The position numbers were made by a program, and so were the translations under genes. A DNA stretch of 61,861 nt, the filler included, from Sphacelaria rigidula (taxonomy: Eukaryota): assembly GCA_964200075.2 (NCBI GenBank). It is 8 parts of 8 records of this genome, joined end to end, with 100 filler letters (N's around TTAATTAATTAA, not from the genome) between each part and the next. Parts side by side here need not be neighbours in the genome. Positions count along the whole stretch, not along the records: positions 7,748 to 15,393 come from CAXNAA020013952.1; positions 15,494 to 23,139 come from CAXNAA020013953.1; positions 23,240 to 30,884 come from CAXNAA020013954.1; 5 more parts are not named here. One strand, given 5' to 3'. Below the pieces are notes generated by a model. The model worked only from the letters and a program-made list of their open reading frames with translations. It was not told where the DNA came from and did no database searches. Below, piece by piece: positions 12,701-25,799 of this stretch. Every line of letters begins with the position of its first letter. Positions within the stretch are counted from its first letter, which is position 1.

Positions 12701-13504
12701 TTTATGCAGTTGAATCAACATTGCCTCGGTACAGTATCATTGCGCCGAGCAGCTTCGAAATCCAACGAGAAAGTGCTCTTCTACACTCGAACGAAACATG
12801 AAGTGGAGAAAAAAAACAAATTATGAAATTATCTCCCACACCTCTATGGGCAAGCATTGCTGCGATCCGTCACATGAAACGTTCCGTCCACACGAAAAAC
12901 ACTTTGTATCTACGTGACACCCACTAGCTATGTTAAACAAGACAGAAAAAACGCAAGTCTTCCTCGGACCTTAGGAATCTGGCGAATAAACAACATCGAA
13001 AGAACTTATCTCTTCTTCTAAATATCAGGGTCTTGTCCGAACAATAGCGTGAGCAATCGGCTGTTTGTGGATCAAAGTATGCAGGTGCGCGTGGAACCTC
13101 CCTTATTGATTCTAGTATACTTCGGACGTTTTCCTTGTGCGCTTGAGTTAATATCGACCGTTTCGGATCCGGTTTCCGAGGAACGCACCGACACTTGGCA
13201 CAATCGTTGCTTAGACAACCTCGGCACGAGTCAGATTCAAATCTTACATTTTGAAGCAAACAGTACCGATCTGTAGGGGTCTTTATGCTGGGACCCCCAG
13301 AAGCGTGTGGAGAGCGGATCAACCATGTAATGCTGTATACTTCACCTGGGCATAGTGCGCCACAACGGGTTTGTTCATTCATCGAATGCAGATGAGAATG
13401 TTCGAATAAAAATTTGAAAACAAACATCAGCAAGATATGTCGGTATAAACTGGAATATTGACCATTGCATGCGATTCCTCCTACCGGGTGGAACCGCACA
13501 CCAG

Positions 13505-14430
13505 GTCTTATGAGAGATGACCTCGCTGGCTACGCCTTTGATGTGGAAGATCATATGTATCTTAGGAGATACTCGTTCGATTTGGAAAGGAATGAAGACG
13601 CTAGGAAAGCGAGAGGCGTGACTCAAGGAAAGTTGTACTCCATGAGCTACTCATTTGATCTGGAAAGGAACGCAGGCGCCAGGAAAGCGAAAGGTGCTGC
13701 TCAAGAAGATATGTACTCCATGAACTATTCGTTTGATATGGAAAGGAACGACAACATGGAAACGAGAGATGTATTATATGAGCTATATTACTCCAATGAT
13801 CTAGGAAGGAACGGAGCCATCAGCGAGGCGAGAGGTGCAGCGCAAGGGAAAGTGGATGCCGTGAAGTACCCCACTGACCTGGGAATTAACGGCAACGGCA
13901 TGAACAAGAGAGGTACTGCGCATGGAGGAATGTATGCTATGAGCTACTCCTTTGATATGGGAGTGAACGCCAACACCATGGAAACGAGGGGCGCAGAACA
14001 GGGAGAGGTGCATTCCATGAGCTACTCCTTCGATATGGAAAGGAACGGAGCCGTCAACAAAGCGAGCGGTGCAGCGCAAGGGAAAATGGATCGCATGAGC
14101 TACTCATTTGATCTGGAAGGGGACGACGACACCACGGAAACGAGAGGTGCAGAACAGGGAGGGGCGTATTCTATGAGCTACTCCTTTGATCTGGGAGTGA
14201 ACGACAACACCATGGAAACGAGAGGCGCAGAACAGGGAGAGGTGTATTCCATGAGCTACTCCTTCGATATGGAAGGGAACGGAGCCGTCAACAAAGCGAG
14301 CGGTGCAGCGCAAGGGAAAATGGATCGCCTGAGCTACTCATTTGGTCTGGAAGGAGACGACGGCACCACGGAAACGAGAGGTACTGCGCATGGAAGAATG
14401 TATTCTATGAGCTACTCCTTTGATGCGTAA
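13505..14430 (+). CDS. Tandem-repeat protein (~12 x 26 aa, core YSMSYSFD); probably a terminal exon
   Basis: Uninterrupted ORF 13465-14430 with mostly 78-bp units, consensus G(A/T)xQGxxYSMSYSFD(L/M)(E/G)xNxxxxETR. Candidate acceptor caccag| at 13504; stop TAA directly after the last YSFDA. Confidence 0.75.
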
Positions 14431-14982
14431 AAATAGCTCGAAACGTTGTACGTCCGACATCGACGAGAACGTTTATTTTGTGGGAAGGAGCAAGTATCGT
14501 TGCGGACCGAACAAGATAGTATTTGCTTCCATAACGAGTACGCAAAGGTTTGCTTGGTTCTCTTTTCTTTGGCGCTGGCATGTCACTTCAGTTGTCGACG
14601 TTCTTGTCGTGTTGAACACGATTTCATCGAACATAGCGTGTGATCAAGTTACCTCGGATTATCGCATATCATTTTCCGCTCTAGTACTGTCCCTCTCTCG
14701 CTTGGTCGGTCGTTTTCACTCGAAGTTTTCCTCTCTTGTTTTTAGTTGTAGTCATAGCGCTATTGATTTTGTTCACGAAACGTGCGTTCCATTGAAGCGG
14801 CTGCAACCTGTTTGATGTAACTCTGGGCACAAGCCTTACTTGATGCTCAGGTTATTTGTCTTTCTTCGTGGCGTTTGTGTTCATCCGGAGTGTCATGATC
14901 GATGCCGCACGGTCACCTTTGTAATGCGTGAAAGGACCCGCGTGCTTAGGCGACCGTATCGTTGTTCAAATACGCCTATGGT

Positions 14983-15039
14983 CAGGGTTAGGGTTAGTGT
15001 TAGTGTTGTGTAGGGATAGCGTTGGGGTTAGGGTCAGGG
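14983..15039 (+). repeat. Degenerate interstitial TTAGGG-like repeat
   Basis: tcagggttagggttagtgttagtg...ggggttagggtcaggg. Confidence 0.6.
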
Positions 15040-16204
15040 GCGTGGTGCCTGCGAGGACTGGTTCAATTGGTTTAAAAAACGTCGACCCTGAGGTGTTTTG
15101 AACTACGATGCGGTCCCCTAAGCACGCGGTCCTCTCACGCATTACAACGCTTGTGATCTGTCTTGAACGTATTCCTGCGGGAGACTGAAACAGTGTGTTG
15201 TGACCGTTGCTCTCGCTTCAGCGACTGGCACATGAAAACTACGATGGACTGCTGCCGAGATAGCCCCCCCCCCCCAAAACCGGCCAAAACCGTGCACGGG
15301 GGCGATGATCATAACTGCCGTTAAAGCTGGTTTCGTGCTGCACGACGCGACTGATTCGGGTGTTATAGCTGATTTCGGACTGCTACACGCCTCNNNNNNN
15401 NNNNNNNNNNNNNNNNNNNNNNNNNNNNNNNNNNNNNTTAATTAATTAANNNNNNNNNNNNNNNNNNNNNNNNNNNNNNNNNNNNNNNNNNNNTGTACAT
15501 CTGATGCAGCGGCAGCTGCTGCTTCAGTCAGAGAGGCGTACTACAGTGTACTGTACTATTCTGTTGTATGTATGCGCGCCGCAGCGCTGATACCCTTCGA
15601 AGAGAATTTGCCGCATGCAACAAAGGGGGCAATGGCGGCCCGCCCCGCCCACAAAGGGCTGTGTGGCAAGATGATGGGGACATCAGTATCATCCAAAGCC
15701 ACAAGTGACGGGCGGCCCGCCGGTCGCCGCATCCTGTTGGGAGCTCTCTATCGCGACACGTACTGCTTGCTACATCAGATGTACACCACCTAATGCGCAC
15801 CCTGCATCTGAAAACAGACTAGATGAAACTTTCGGTCTTCGTCATAACCCTGCAGTTACATACGCGGATTTTAAGCAACACGCCACTGTTTCGTTTAGAC
15901 GCCAGACACGTCATTCCTGACCGGCCTCATCGGTCGTTCCGGAGGCCCGGTCCCAAAAGGGTTAATTACATTTGTCAGAAAGTGTGCTTGCTGCCTATAA
16001 TGTGAAATCTATTGTCTACTACAATAGCCGCAATAGTCGATATCGTACGCCATACACCTTTTGAGGATGATATTCATCGTCATCACCCGGGATGTGGATC
16101 CGTCGCGGATAAATGAATGTGAGAATGCCAATCTATCTGCTCTCACGCCTTAGTCCACTACTTGTATGTTGTTCTGTTCTACCTTTTTTTTTTTTCCTCA
16201 GCGG

Positions 16205-16348
16205 GTCTTTGTTTCAGTTTTGTTTTGTCTCGGGTACGTCTATCATGTGACCACGGCTGGATCATGACCCCTGGGGGGTCAGTTCAAGTGCGAAAATCAA
16301 TCAAACAATCGACCAACTATTCAATCTACTGATCAATTAATCAATCCA
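16205..16348 (+). mobile_element. 3' end of a short retroposon with (CAAT)n tail
   Basis: GGGTACGTCTATCATGTGACCACGGCTG followed by CAAT/TCAA repeats. Related motifs occur at ~7406, and on the minus strand at ~41411-41455 and ~58946-58990. Confidence 0.55.
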
Positions 16349-16401
16349 GCAACCCAGAAATCCAGCAATCGATCAGTCAACTTGCGTTTTCGTCGCGACA
16401 G

Positions 16402-16611
16402 GCGTTACATGAATTCCGAGGAGGTGTGGACCCAAGCGCGAGAGAACTAGAGGTTTTCACCCCTCCCGAGAGGTCTGTAGAAGCCATCATGGGGCCGAAG
16501 GGAGGTGCGGGGCCGTCGCCCCCCGTGTACGGTGGGGACGGGGACAGCGTGGACTTCGTGTTGACCCTTGGGGGAGATGGGCTCCTCATGTACAGCAATA
16601 CCTTATTTCGG
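16402..16611 (+). CDS. Internal exon of an NAD(+)/NADH kinase-family gene
   Basis: gacag|GCG ... CGG|gtgagg; a 210-bp phase 0/0 exon encoding VDFVLTLGGDGLLMYSNTLF, the NAD kinase GGDG signature. Confidence 0.85.
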
Positions 16612-16751
16612 GTGAGGCTTTGCCAAAGTCGATTGGTGCATGTTTGAATGATGATAATGCGGAGGGGTGTGTACTCATGTTCTTGCATGCCGTAGTCGTG
16701 TGAACGTTCACCTCGCATCCCTACAAAGCCGTGACGGAGCACGACGAGGAA

Positions 16752-19390
16752 AGGGGGGGGGGAGGAAGGGGGGGGCGTACTCATCTGTTGCTTGCGTTAG
16801 TCGTTCGATCATTGACCACGCATCCCTTTCGAGACGGAGCACTGTTCCTACTCCTAATAGAGACACCTCCAACATTCTGGCGCTCATTACGTTTCTTCCA
16901 TACATCACACAAAAACCGTTTACATATCTTATCCCTGTCCTGCTCCGCTGTCTGTGGCCACTACCTATCTCCTGATATAACCATCGTTTTCCCGCTACTG
17001 TCTAATGCATCAAACGATTTCATACCACCTTCATTCACGTCCCGCATTTTCCCCTTCAGCATCTCCCATTCCTCCTTGTATAGTTCACATTCTGCCACTA
17101 AATGATTTTTGCTTCCTATTGCTTCGCCACAGGAGCAATTGTGTGCATCTACTTCCTCCTCCTCTCGACGACTGGTATATCTCTTTCTTCTTCCTGGCAG
17201 GTCCAGGTCCCCCACCCGAAATCGCAGTTTCAATTTTTTCGCCGCGTCCATTGGGCCATGCAGATATGTTTTCATCCCCATCCCCTCTCTCAGCCCCCCC
17301 GTATATCTTCAGGTGTTCTTCCTCGTCTACCTTGCGTCTGAGCGCTCCTTTTCCCGTTACTTTTATCATGCCTGTTACTTTTGTCGTGTACCCCGCGCCT
17401 TCACCTATGAACATTATTTCATCTTGGTTTCCTCCTATCTCCTTCCATACTTTCTCCACTTCTCTATCCCACCTTATTCCAGCCTACCCTTTCGTCATTT
17501 TCTTCCATACAGCCTCATCAACTATAGCTGGCAATCTCTTTCTATGCATGTTCTTAAAGCTATATTGTCATCGCAATTTTCTCACGTCTCTGTTTGTTTC
17601 AAGTGGGCACATTCCTAGATCTGCTCTCAATGCTGTATTACTCGTCGTTTTCGAGCATCCGAGTATTTTCTTATCTGCCGCCATCTGTACTGTTTCCAAC
17701 TCCTTCACCAATTTCACGTTCCCCTCCCATGGTTCTCCTGCATATTCCATTTTTGGTATACTCACGTTCATCGGGATACATATCTTAATCCTAGTGTCTA
17801 GGTGCGAGTTTCTGAGGATCACGTCCATCCTGCCCACCTGTGCCTTACCCTTTTCTATTACTTTTTTTACGTGTGCATCCCGAGAACAGCTTTTTTAGAT
17901 CTCTACGCTATAGTATATATACTGGTCTACGATCGGCAATTCCTCTTCTCCCCACTTCCATTCGAACTCTACAGAATTTTTCTCATCTTTGTTACAGGCG
18001 AGTACCGCGCATTTGTTGACGTTCGCTGTCACTCTCCATTTCCTAGTGTTTTCTAGCGCATTGTCTATCTGTGTCTACAATCCTTCTGCTGTTCCTACAA
18101 TCCCCACAAAATCATCCCCTTGTAGAATATAAAAATATTTCGATATTTTTCCGTCTAGCATCATGGCACTTTTGGCGCATCATGTTATCTTCTTCACCAT
18201 TTTCCACATCTTTCTTTTGATCCCAGTTTCCCACAAACTTCTCCACAACCCATTTATTCATACTGTGTCACAAGCCTTTTGCACGTCCAGAAAGAAACAG
18301 TACGTTGTCAACCCGGTGTCTTTCCTTCCCCGAATAATCTTGCCTAATGTGTACACATGGTCTACGCAACTACGGTTTGGTCTAAATCCTGCTTGCCCCT
18401 CGCTGATTTTCTCTTCCTTTTGTAGCATCGTTCCTACTCTAACATTTAGGATCTTAAACAATGTTTTCCCTACCATGCTCAGTAGCGTTATCCCTCTATA
18501 ATCCCCTGGGTCACTCTTGTCTCCTTTTTTGAAAAGGTTCACCACCACTTCTTCTCTCCACCTCTTGGGTGTATACTCGTCTTCCCAGATCCACTAATAC
18601 AGCATAAACACCATGGTAATCATTCCCTCTGCCCCGTACTTCGGAAGCTTATTCACTAATTCGTCTGCCCCTGCTGCTTTTCTGTTCTTGAGTGTAGCTA
18701 CGCACTCCTTTACTTCATCTCGGGTACACTCTCCCTGCAATTCTTTCGAGCCACTATCCTCCCGTTTTGACGCCTCTACATTTGCCTCTGTCCATGCGTT
18801 GATTTATTTTTCGAAGTCCATGTCAAACTCCGTGGTTGTATTTGGTGTTCCTAGTTTACGGTAGTGCTCGACTCGCACTTGTCTCTTCCCCTTCGAACCA
18901 CTGATCATTTTACCATTCTGTGCCCGTAGTGTGGCTATCCCGTTGTCTATCTTTCTTGCCTGGGTTCTCGTTATCCCTTTTGTTCCTCCCCACATTGGTT
19001 TCATCTCGCCATCGAATCTTGACTTGTTTTTCACCACGTCTTCCCACACTCCCTCCTCTTCCTTCTGTACCATATTTTTTACTTCCTTTCTAGCTTTGGT
19101 ATACTCCTCCCATCCTGCCGTACTTTTACTCGATATGCATCTCGCGTGGGCCGCTCTCCTTACTCTTACAGTCTCTTTCACTTCCGCATCCTACCATTTT
19201 ACTGCTCTGTTGCATACGATCAGTTTCTTCCCTATGACTTTACTCGCTATTTTCTTCACCAACTGCTCCCTTCCTGCAAAGTCTTCGCTCCTGCCCGATT
19301 TCTCTCCATTTCGGTATCAACTGCACCTACGCGTTCCAACAACTCGGAAATTTCACTGTGTTTTTGCCCATCTCTTCTTGGAACTCTTAG
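16752..19390 (-). mobile_element. Decayed LINE copy (same family as 1640-5825), 5'-truncated, in the NAD kinase intron
   Basis: Minus-strand pieces VVNLFKKGDKSDPGDYRGITLLS, QAGFRPNRSCVDH, FFLDVQKACDTV, LKLRFRVGDLDL..CSCG..HLVAECELY and the conserved 3' end plus C-rich tail. An internal deletion joins LQG directly to DDFVG (~18115). Confidence 0.92.
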
Positions 19391-19397
19391 ACAGACG

Positions 19398-19672
19398 GGG
19401 GAGGGGCGGGGGTTACTCTTTTGTGGCATGCCTTGGGTTGTTGAACGATTGACCACGGATCTCTTTCGAGGCGGAGCACTGTTCCTACTCCCAATAGAGA
19501 TAAGTTCAACATTTGGGCGCTCTCAACGTTTCTTCCATACATCGCACAAGAACCTTTTTAGATACATGTTATTCCCTTCCTGTTTCGCCGTCTGTGGCCA
19601 CCATCTATCTCCTAGTATTTAATGTCATCAAACGATTTCGTGCCACCCTTGTATATTTCCGACATCCCCCCC
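19398..19672 (-). mobile_element. LINE 3' fragment (same family)
   Basis: Reverse complement contains ILGDRWWPQTAK and the conserved 3' end followed by CCCCGCCCCTCCCC. Confidence 0.8.
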
Positions 19673-21417
19673 TGACAATACAGCGGCAAAAGTTGAATTC
19701 GAAAATGCACGGTGACTGTGTGGTCGCCCGATAGATACCCGTGCTGAGCCTTACCGGTAGCTTTGGAGCACCGTCCTTCTCCCACTACCGTGCCTGCGGT
19801 TGTCCATTGTGCCCATCCGAAACACGCAAGATCATCTGCAGCGTCTTGAGCCGCCTGCTCCAAAGTTAGGGTCAAGCTTAATCTTCTCTGCCATCGAGAT
19901 TGTGTAAGGCTTTCCGACAATCAAAAGGAAAGAGAAGCTCTGGTTGTCGTGCGAACATGACAGGATCAAGGCCTACTGGAACTCCCTACCGTAGCACAGG
20001 GAGGAGGGCTCAAGATTGCCTACTGAGTTGAGGCACAGTGCAACCGGTCTGGCAACGTGATGAAATAACACCACGTTATTCTCTGCATCAGCCAAGCGCT
20101 TCATCCTTCCCATGCTACGCGAGCCTTGCTCAGAGTTCCGGGGTGCACTCGGGGCGCTCGAGTAGCCACCTAGAAGATACGTTATGCTGTTGGCCTTTGC
20201 TCACGGTAAATATATGGATGCAATAGTGGAGTAAGCCCGCCCTATTTTCTGCACTGAATTTTGACGCTGCAACAGCATTTTCCACTGGCGCAATCCTGTC
20301 GTACTGAAAAAATTTCCTCATGTGCCGATGCGATGTCAGCACACCCAAGTAGAGTACCAGGGAGTACATTTACCTTTGCGTATGAGCCGCAGCCGTCGCT
20401 CACGAAGGCCTCGTATCGGAAGCCATGATATCGATCCTGAGAGTAAACCACCAGCGAAGCAGGGTACGGCAATTGGGTTGGGGCGTGGGAAGCCACGGGT
20501 CAAAATGGCGACCACACATGGAAGACCGCACTGTTGCATTGCCTTGAAAATCTTTCTCACGTGTAAAGACTGCGACCCGTAGTCGTGGGAATTTAAGTCG
20601 TTGAATTAGCTATCGTCATTTTCCGAACTCGGTCGTGGGAATCGACTCTGGGTCGTCCCCCACGTTCCGATTTCAGCCGTAGGAGTCGAAAACCACGACT
20701 TCGGGTTATCGTTAACGTTTTTTTTTTTCCCTCGACATCTCCAAGCTTTGGGGGGGATTCCCCCCCCCTGAAGAATGTGGTGGTAGATTTCTACACCAGA
20801 TGAGGCAATCGATCTATTTTCTATTCAAGACTACAAACTTCTCCGAAAATCAAGCGCCATTCTTGTTTTTCAGCAAATTTCATTTCGGAAGACGAAAAAA
20901 AAACATATTTTTCGGAAAACGTGAAAAACCTTTTGCCCTCTATATAAGATACCTGGAGAGTCGTTGGACGTGTGGAAATTCCGCTCCCCTCAATCTATAC
21001 ACAAAGGGAGTGCGTGCGGTGACGTGCGGTGACACGGTCGGAGGCGTGTGATCTTGTTGAAACCAAAGAATCGGACGTTCTCATGACCGCACAGAATGTA
21101 CCTCTACTTGCAGCAGCTTCGTTGTCCAGGCGACTCATGACTTGCGCAGGGTTCCACAATGAATAAAGTAAGTGACGTCATGCCCTCGAGCGATGACTAT
21201 GAAGATGGAAGGGACACTGTACTGCAATTGGTACTGTACTGGTCTGTCCTACACTATGGGTATGGTGTGCTTGTAGGGTCATGGAATGATGTACCACCGT
21301 ACGATGGTGACCTATTCCGTGCTCGTCGGGTAATGGACGGCGCTTCACTCGTGTTGTACCATACTATGGTGTACTGCACTGTACCACAGTAAGACACACA
21401 CGCCCGAACGGGATTCC

Positions 21418-21787
21418 ACATGTTCAAAGATGCTCCCCGTATCCCGTACGGCGCCAGTATCAATTACAGTATCACCCGTACCCGTAAACTGGGCACGGCG
21501 AGTATCCACCAGTATGAGGCTGCGATATACGCAATTTTACCAGTATCCGCCAGTATCAGGGGGGGAAAATACCATGTAACACCAGCATCCGCTTGTATGA
21601 GGCTGTGAAATATGCAATATATCGCCAGTATCCACCAGATTTAGGGGGGGGAAATACCTAGCATCGCCGGTATCCCGCCAGTATCAGGCTGCAAAATACG
21701 CAGTATCACCAGTATCCACCAGCATGAGATGAGGAATTACGAGGGGCGTACGGATACGGGTCAGACGGGGGGCATCTTTGCACATGT
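21418..21787. mobile_element. MITE with ~20-bp TIRs and internal CCAGTATC repeats
   Basis: ACATGTTCAAAGATGCTCCCC ... GGGGCATCTTTGCACATGT form an inverted pair; the interior is built of (C)CAGTAT(C) units. Confidence 0.65.
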
Positions 21788-21926
21788 TCGTTGGGCCTTT
21801 GTGAGCTCCGGCCCACAAGCGTTCGCGTCCTCGATGCATCGTCGGATCTTCCGAGTCTGCGGGCCAACCAGCAGGGGGCTCCACTTTCTCGGTCGTTGGG
21901 TTTGGGCATTTTCGGCGGGGTGTAAC

Positions 21927-22300
21927 GGCGTGTCTTAGCACATTAGTTTTCGATCGAAAATATGCGGTGGAAGAGACAAAACTCCGATGTAATAGGTCGT
22001 AATTTCAACTATCGTCGTTTATTTTGAAGATGGTTGAAATCACAACCTATCAGGTCGGGATTTTTGTTTTCCGCCGCACTTTTTTCGATCGAAAGATGAT
22101 GTGCTAATAAGGGCGTGTCTTCGCACATTAGTTTTCGATCGAAAAAGTGCGGTCGATTTTTTTTTTGCCGATCTGATGGGTCCACCGCATGTATGTTCCT
22201 AGAAGGATCCAACTCAAAATGATGATCAGGGGCGCGCGGAGAATAATTACTAGAGGTGAAAAACAATTGTTTTCAATCGAAAACATGCGGTCGAAAGGCA
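21927..22300. repeat. Cluster of direct and inverted TTTTCGATCGAAAA-containing repeats (MITE-like)
   Basis: GGCGTGTCTT.GCACATTAGTTTTCGATCGAAAA at 21927 and 22112, with an inverted copy at ~22075-22105. Confidence 0.55.
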
Positions 22301-23239
22301 CGAAGCGGCACTTGACTCCCACCACGCCAGATAACACCTGTTCACAGGCCCATGCAAACTCCATCTGACTCATTCTCAGCTACCACCGCAACCCTGCAGC
22401 ATAGAGCACGAGTTGAGCCTAGTACCACGCCCGAAGACACGGCCAAATTCACAAAAAAACGGGTATGGTTGTGTCTGTTCGGCGTATTTTCTGCGGAGCC
22501 GGCGATACGGTCATCAACCATTTCACCGAAAAGGTGAAGAAGAGTACGCACTTGAGCATTGAAGGATCTACACGTGAAAAAAAAAAGGGGAAGAGATAAT
22601 TTTTTAGCGGAGACCAGGGTGTACCCTCCTCGTTTGTTTACAAGAAAAGGGTACTCTCACAGGCTGTTCTTTGCCACGCCGTAGTTAAGCCTAGTACCAC
22701 GTATGGGGGAAAAAAATAGCAGCGCATGCTGCCCAGACACCTTCGGCGTCGGGCTGAGGCGCTGGAACGTGTTTTTGAGGTGTTGAGTTTGCGTGCAGCG
22801 CCGCGCCCGTTGCCGAAAAATGCGTCACTTTTTTTTGTTCCATAAACACCATGGTGTACCCTTTCGCGTGTGTTGTCCTAAAAACAGTGTCGATAACAAT
22901 GAGCTAAAGACCCAGTTTTATGGCAACCACGAATCTTGATTTTTTCAAAATCGGAGGGACAAAAAATCGGGGAACGCTTTGTATGGACATGGATTTGGAC
23001 CAAGTCGGGGCCGAAAAAATTGGGGGGTCACGACTTCGGAACGGTTTTCCCCGATTTTCCCGAAAAATCGGGGGAAAAACGTTCCGAGATAGTGACTCCC
23101 CCGATTTTTTTGAGGTGACGTACGTGCATTGACGTACACNNNNNNNNNNNNNNNNNNNNNNNNNNNNNNNNNNNNNNNNNNNNTTAATTAATTAANNNNN
23201 NNNNNNNNNNNNNNNNNNNNNNNNNNNNNNNNNNNNNNN

Positions 23240-24430
23240 GAATAAGAGCTTGTCCTCGGTACTTCTGCTACGAACAGGTTGCAAGTCGGGTTGCCCACTT
23301 GAGCCTCAATTCAGAGTTAAACCTCAATTCGCACAATTTGCTGTTAATTTTTGAATTTTCTCGAAGGCTTCATGATGTTCAGAATTCCAGAGTTTCGACA
23401 CCTGTTTTGCCGATCCGTTTTTCGTGAGATCTACCAGTGGTGCTATAGTTGTAGCCAAGTCTGGTATGAATTTCCGTACGAAATTTATTGCACCGAGTAC
23501 TGATCGTAGCTCTTTGATATTGATGGAATTCGGCAAGTCGAGGATAGCTTTTATTCTTTCATCACTCACTCTGATGCCATCTGCGGATAGTACATGGCCC
23601 AAGTATTTGACCTGCTCTGGACCAAATTGGATTTTTGTCGGCTTTAATGGAAGGCCTGCTGTTTGCAGTGCTTTGAACGTGCTTTCTAGTAGGGTGGGAT
23701 GACTCTCCCAGCTTGATGAACAACAAATTATGTCATCCATATACACTAGTAAACCACTCTTGGGTCCAAAGTGTGCAAATGCTTGTGCCATAATGCGTGA
23801 AAATGTAAAGGATAAACACGCTAAACCAAAAGGTAACCGGCTGAACACCCATTGCCCTCTTTGAGTTACAAACGCTGTTTTCTCTTTTTCGTTATCCGCC
23901 ACTGGTATCTGGTGGAACACACTTTGTACATCGTACACTGTTATGAATTTCGCCCCTGCTACTGTGTCTTTGTGACTTTCGATAGCTGGCATGGGCCATG
24001 ATTTGCGAATCAAGTTTTAGTTTATCGTCGCTCGATAATCTACGCAAAATCGTGCTGTTCCGTCTGCTTTTGCGACTATTGTAACTGCTGATCTCCACGG
24101 GCTTGGGCGTTGTTCGACTATACTATCTTTTCCCATCTGGTCGACGCATTTCTCGATTGCGTCTTGCACTCTGGGTTTTGCTCTATATGGTGCTCGGCCT
24201 ACCGGCTGAGTCCCGGGTTTGAGCGGAAAACGTACTTCATCTAACGTAGAACAGCCCAACTCCTGCGAAGTAAGTGAAAACACAAAACGGTATTCTGCGC
24301 AAATATCCAGTATTTGAGAGCATTGTTCCGGGGAAAAAATCGTATTTTCGAAAGCCTTGCGTAAAGCTGGACGTGATAACTTCTTTCGCATTTTCTCTCC
24401 CTTACACCTTATTTCCCGCCATTGCACTGA
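23240..24430 (-). mobile_element. Ty3/Gypsy LTR retrotransposon pol remnant (RT)
   Basis: PSPWRSAVTIVAKADGTARFCVDYR, DVQSVFHQIPV, LPFGL, VYMDDIIC, VKYLGHVLSADG and LRSVLGAINFVRKFIP; frameshift near 24015. Confidence 0.92.
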
Positions 24431-25693
24431 CTGTGGCTGGTTTTGTTTCTCGTACTGGTGTCATGAGGAAGAAAGATGGAAAGGCGTTATTTGTTTCCAC
24501 AGGAAACTTTGGGGCAGGTTGGCTCACAGATCACTCGATCCATCCATGGAAATGCTCCTGTAGTTCTGGGGAAGGTTGATGTACAGACTAGCTTCTGGGG
24601 AAGGTTGATGTACAGACTGGTGTACCCTAGCTGGGGTAGGTTAGTGTGCAGGCTGGTATGCCATAGTCTCGAGGAGGCGAAACGCCTTCTCTGGCCGAGG
24701 TCGGATAGGTCGCGTTCCATGCACACTCGCCTACTCTTGAGCTGCCCTTTGAGCCGGACATCTGCTTCTACTGTTTACCTTTGGTGAGAACAGTGTGCTA
24801 GGTGAGCAAGGGAATGATGAGTGAGAGTTACAAGACATCAAGCCTTCGAGCTCCTTTTGTCTGTTTGCTACATACTGTTAACCAACAGTCGCGTGAATCT
24901 GTGTGTGAAACACATATCTGCAGCTTGCTCTACTCGGACATATTGCACCTTGTGCATCTCACCAAGCTTGCAGTGCATTGACCTATCAAGGAAGGTGTGT
25001 GGAGTTCTGTCCATACCTATCCCTCTTACACTGGGGTTCGACTAATTGGCCGTGTCTTGCTTGGTTTTTCAGTAGCCTTTCACTCGTATTCTTGTAGCCT
25101 CGTTGCCTTGTTTTGCTGTAGTTCACTACTGTCCCTCGTTTTTTAGTTGCACCTGTACCTCCCCTTTCTTTGTGTAGCAGACCACAGTCCTTGATTCTTA
25201 CTTTGCCTTTAGAGTGTTTTTTTTTGCTGTGTTTTAGTACGGTAGTTCATTCCCGCAGTTACGTTTCCCCCACAGCAGCCACCACTGCGCCGCCGCGGCT
25301 GGCGCACTCTGTCTTTGTTCTTCTCCTGCTTCGGTCGCTCCTTTTGCTGAGCCGCACGTTTGATCTGTAGTGCCCTTGTTCTGTTGACATCGGCCTTTCT
25401 GCCCCACATCGCTCGCCGAATATCCCGCCCAGCGTTGTGTCAGATTGCCTTTTGTAAACTCTTGCAGACAGTTGACATGATATCTTATTGGACAGATCCA
25501 ACAACGCCGCTTTTATGTTACAGCGAAAGCGACGATACCTTTTCTCCTTGCAGGACGTTGTCACTTGTGTACCGCTGCTGTGTCTATTGTGCGGTGTTCT
25601 CTCATTGTTGACACTGACTGCTTTAGTGTTTTCGTTCACCGCTTACAACCACGCTTACTTTTTCGGTGCGACAATTGCGTAGTCGCAACTGCC

Positions 25694-25708
25694 GCAGTAG
25701 TGGCAGTG

Positions 25709-25769
<61 letters not shown>

Positions 25770-25771
25770 TA
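25694..25771. repeat. (GTA)n microsatellite
   Basis: About 20 GTA units. Confidence 0.95.
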
Positions 25772-25799
25772 GAACCTGCCGCTCCAGCGTGCAGAGTAC

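Noticed and set aside
6682-14430. Tyrosinase exon plus Tyr-rich repeat precursor as a biosynthetic gene cluster
   Set aside because: They lie on different contigs separated by an artificial linker, so proximity is not evidence of linkage.
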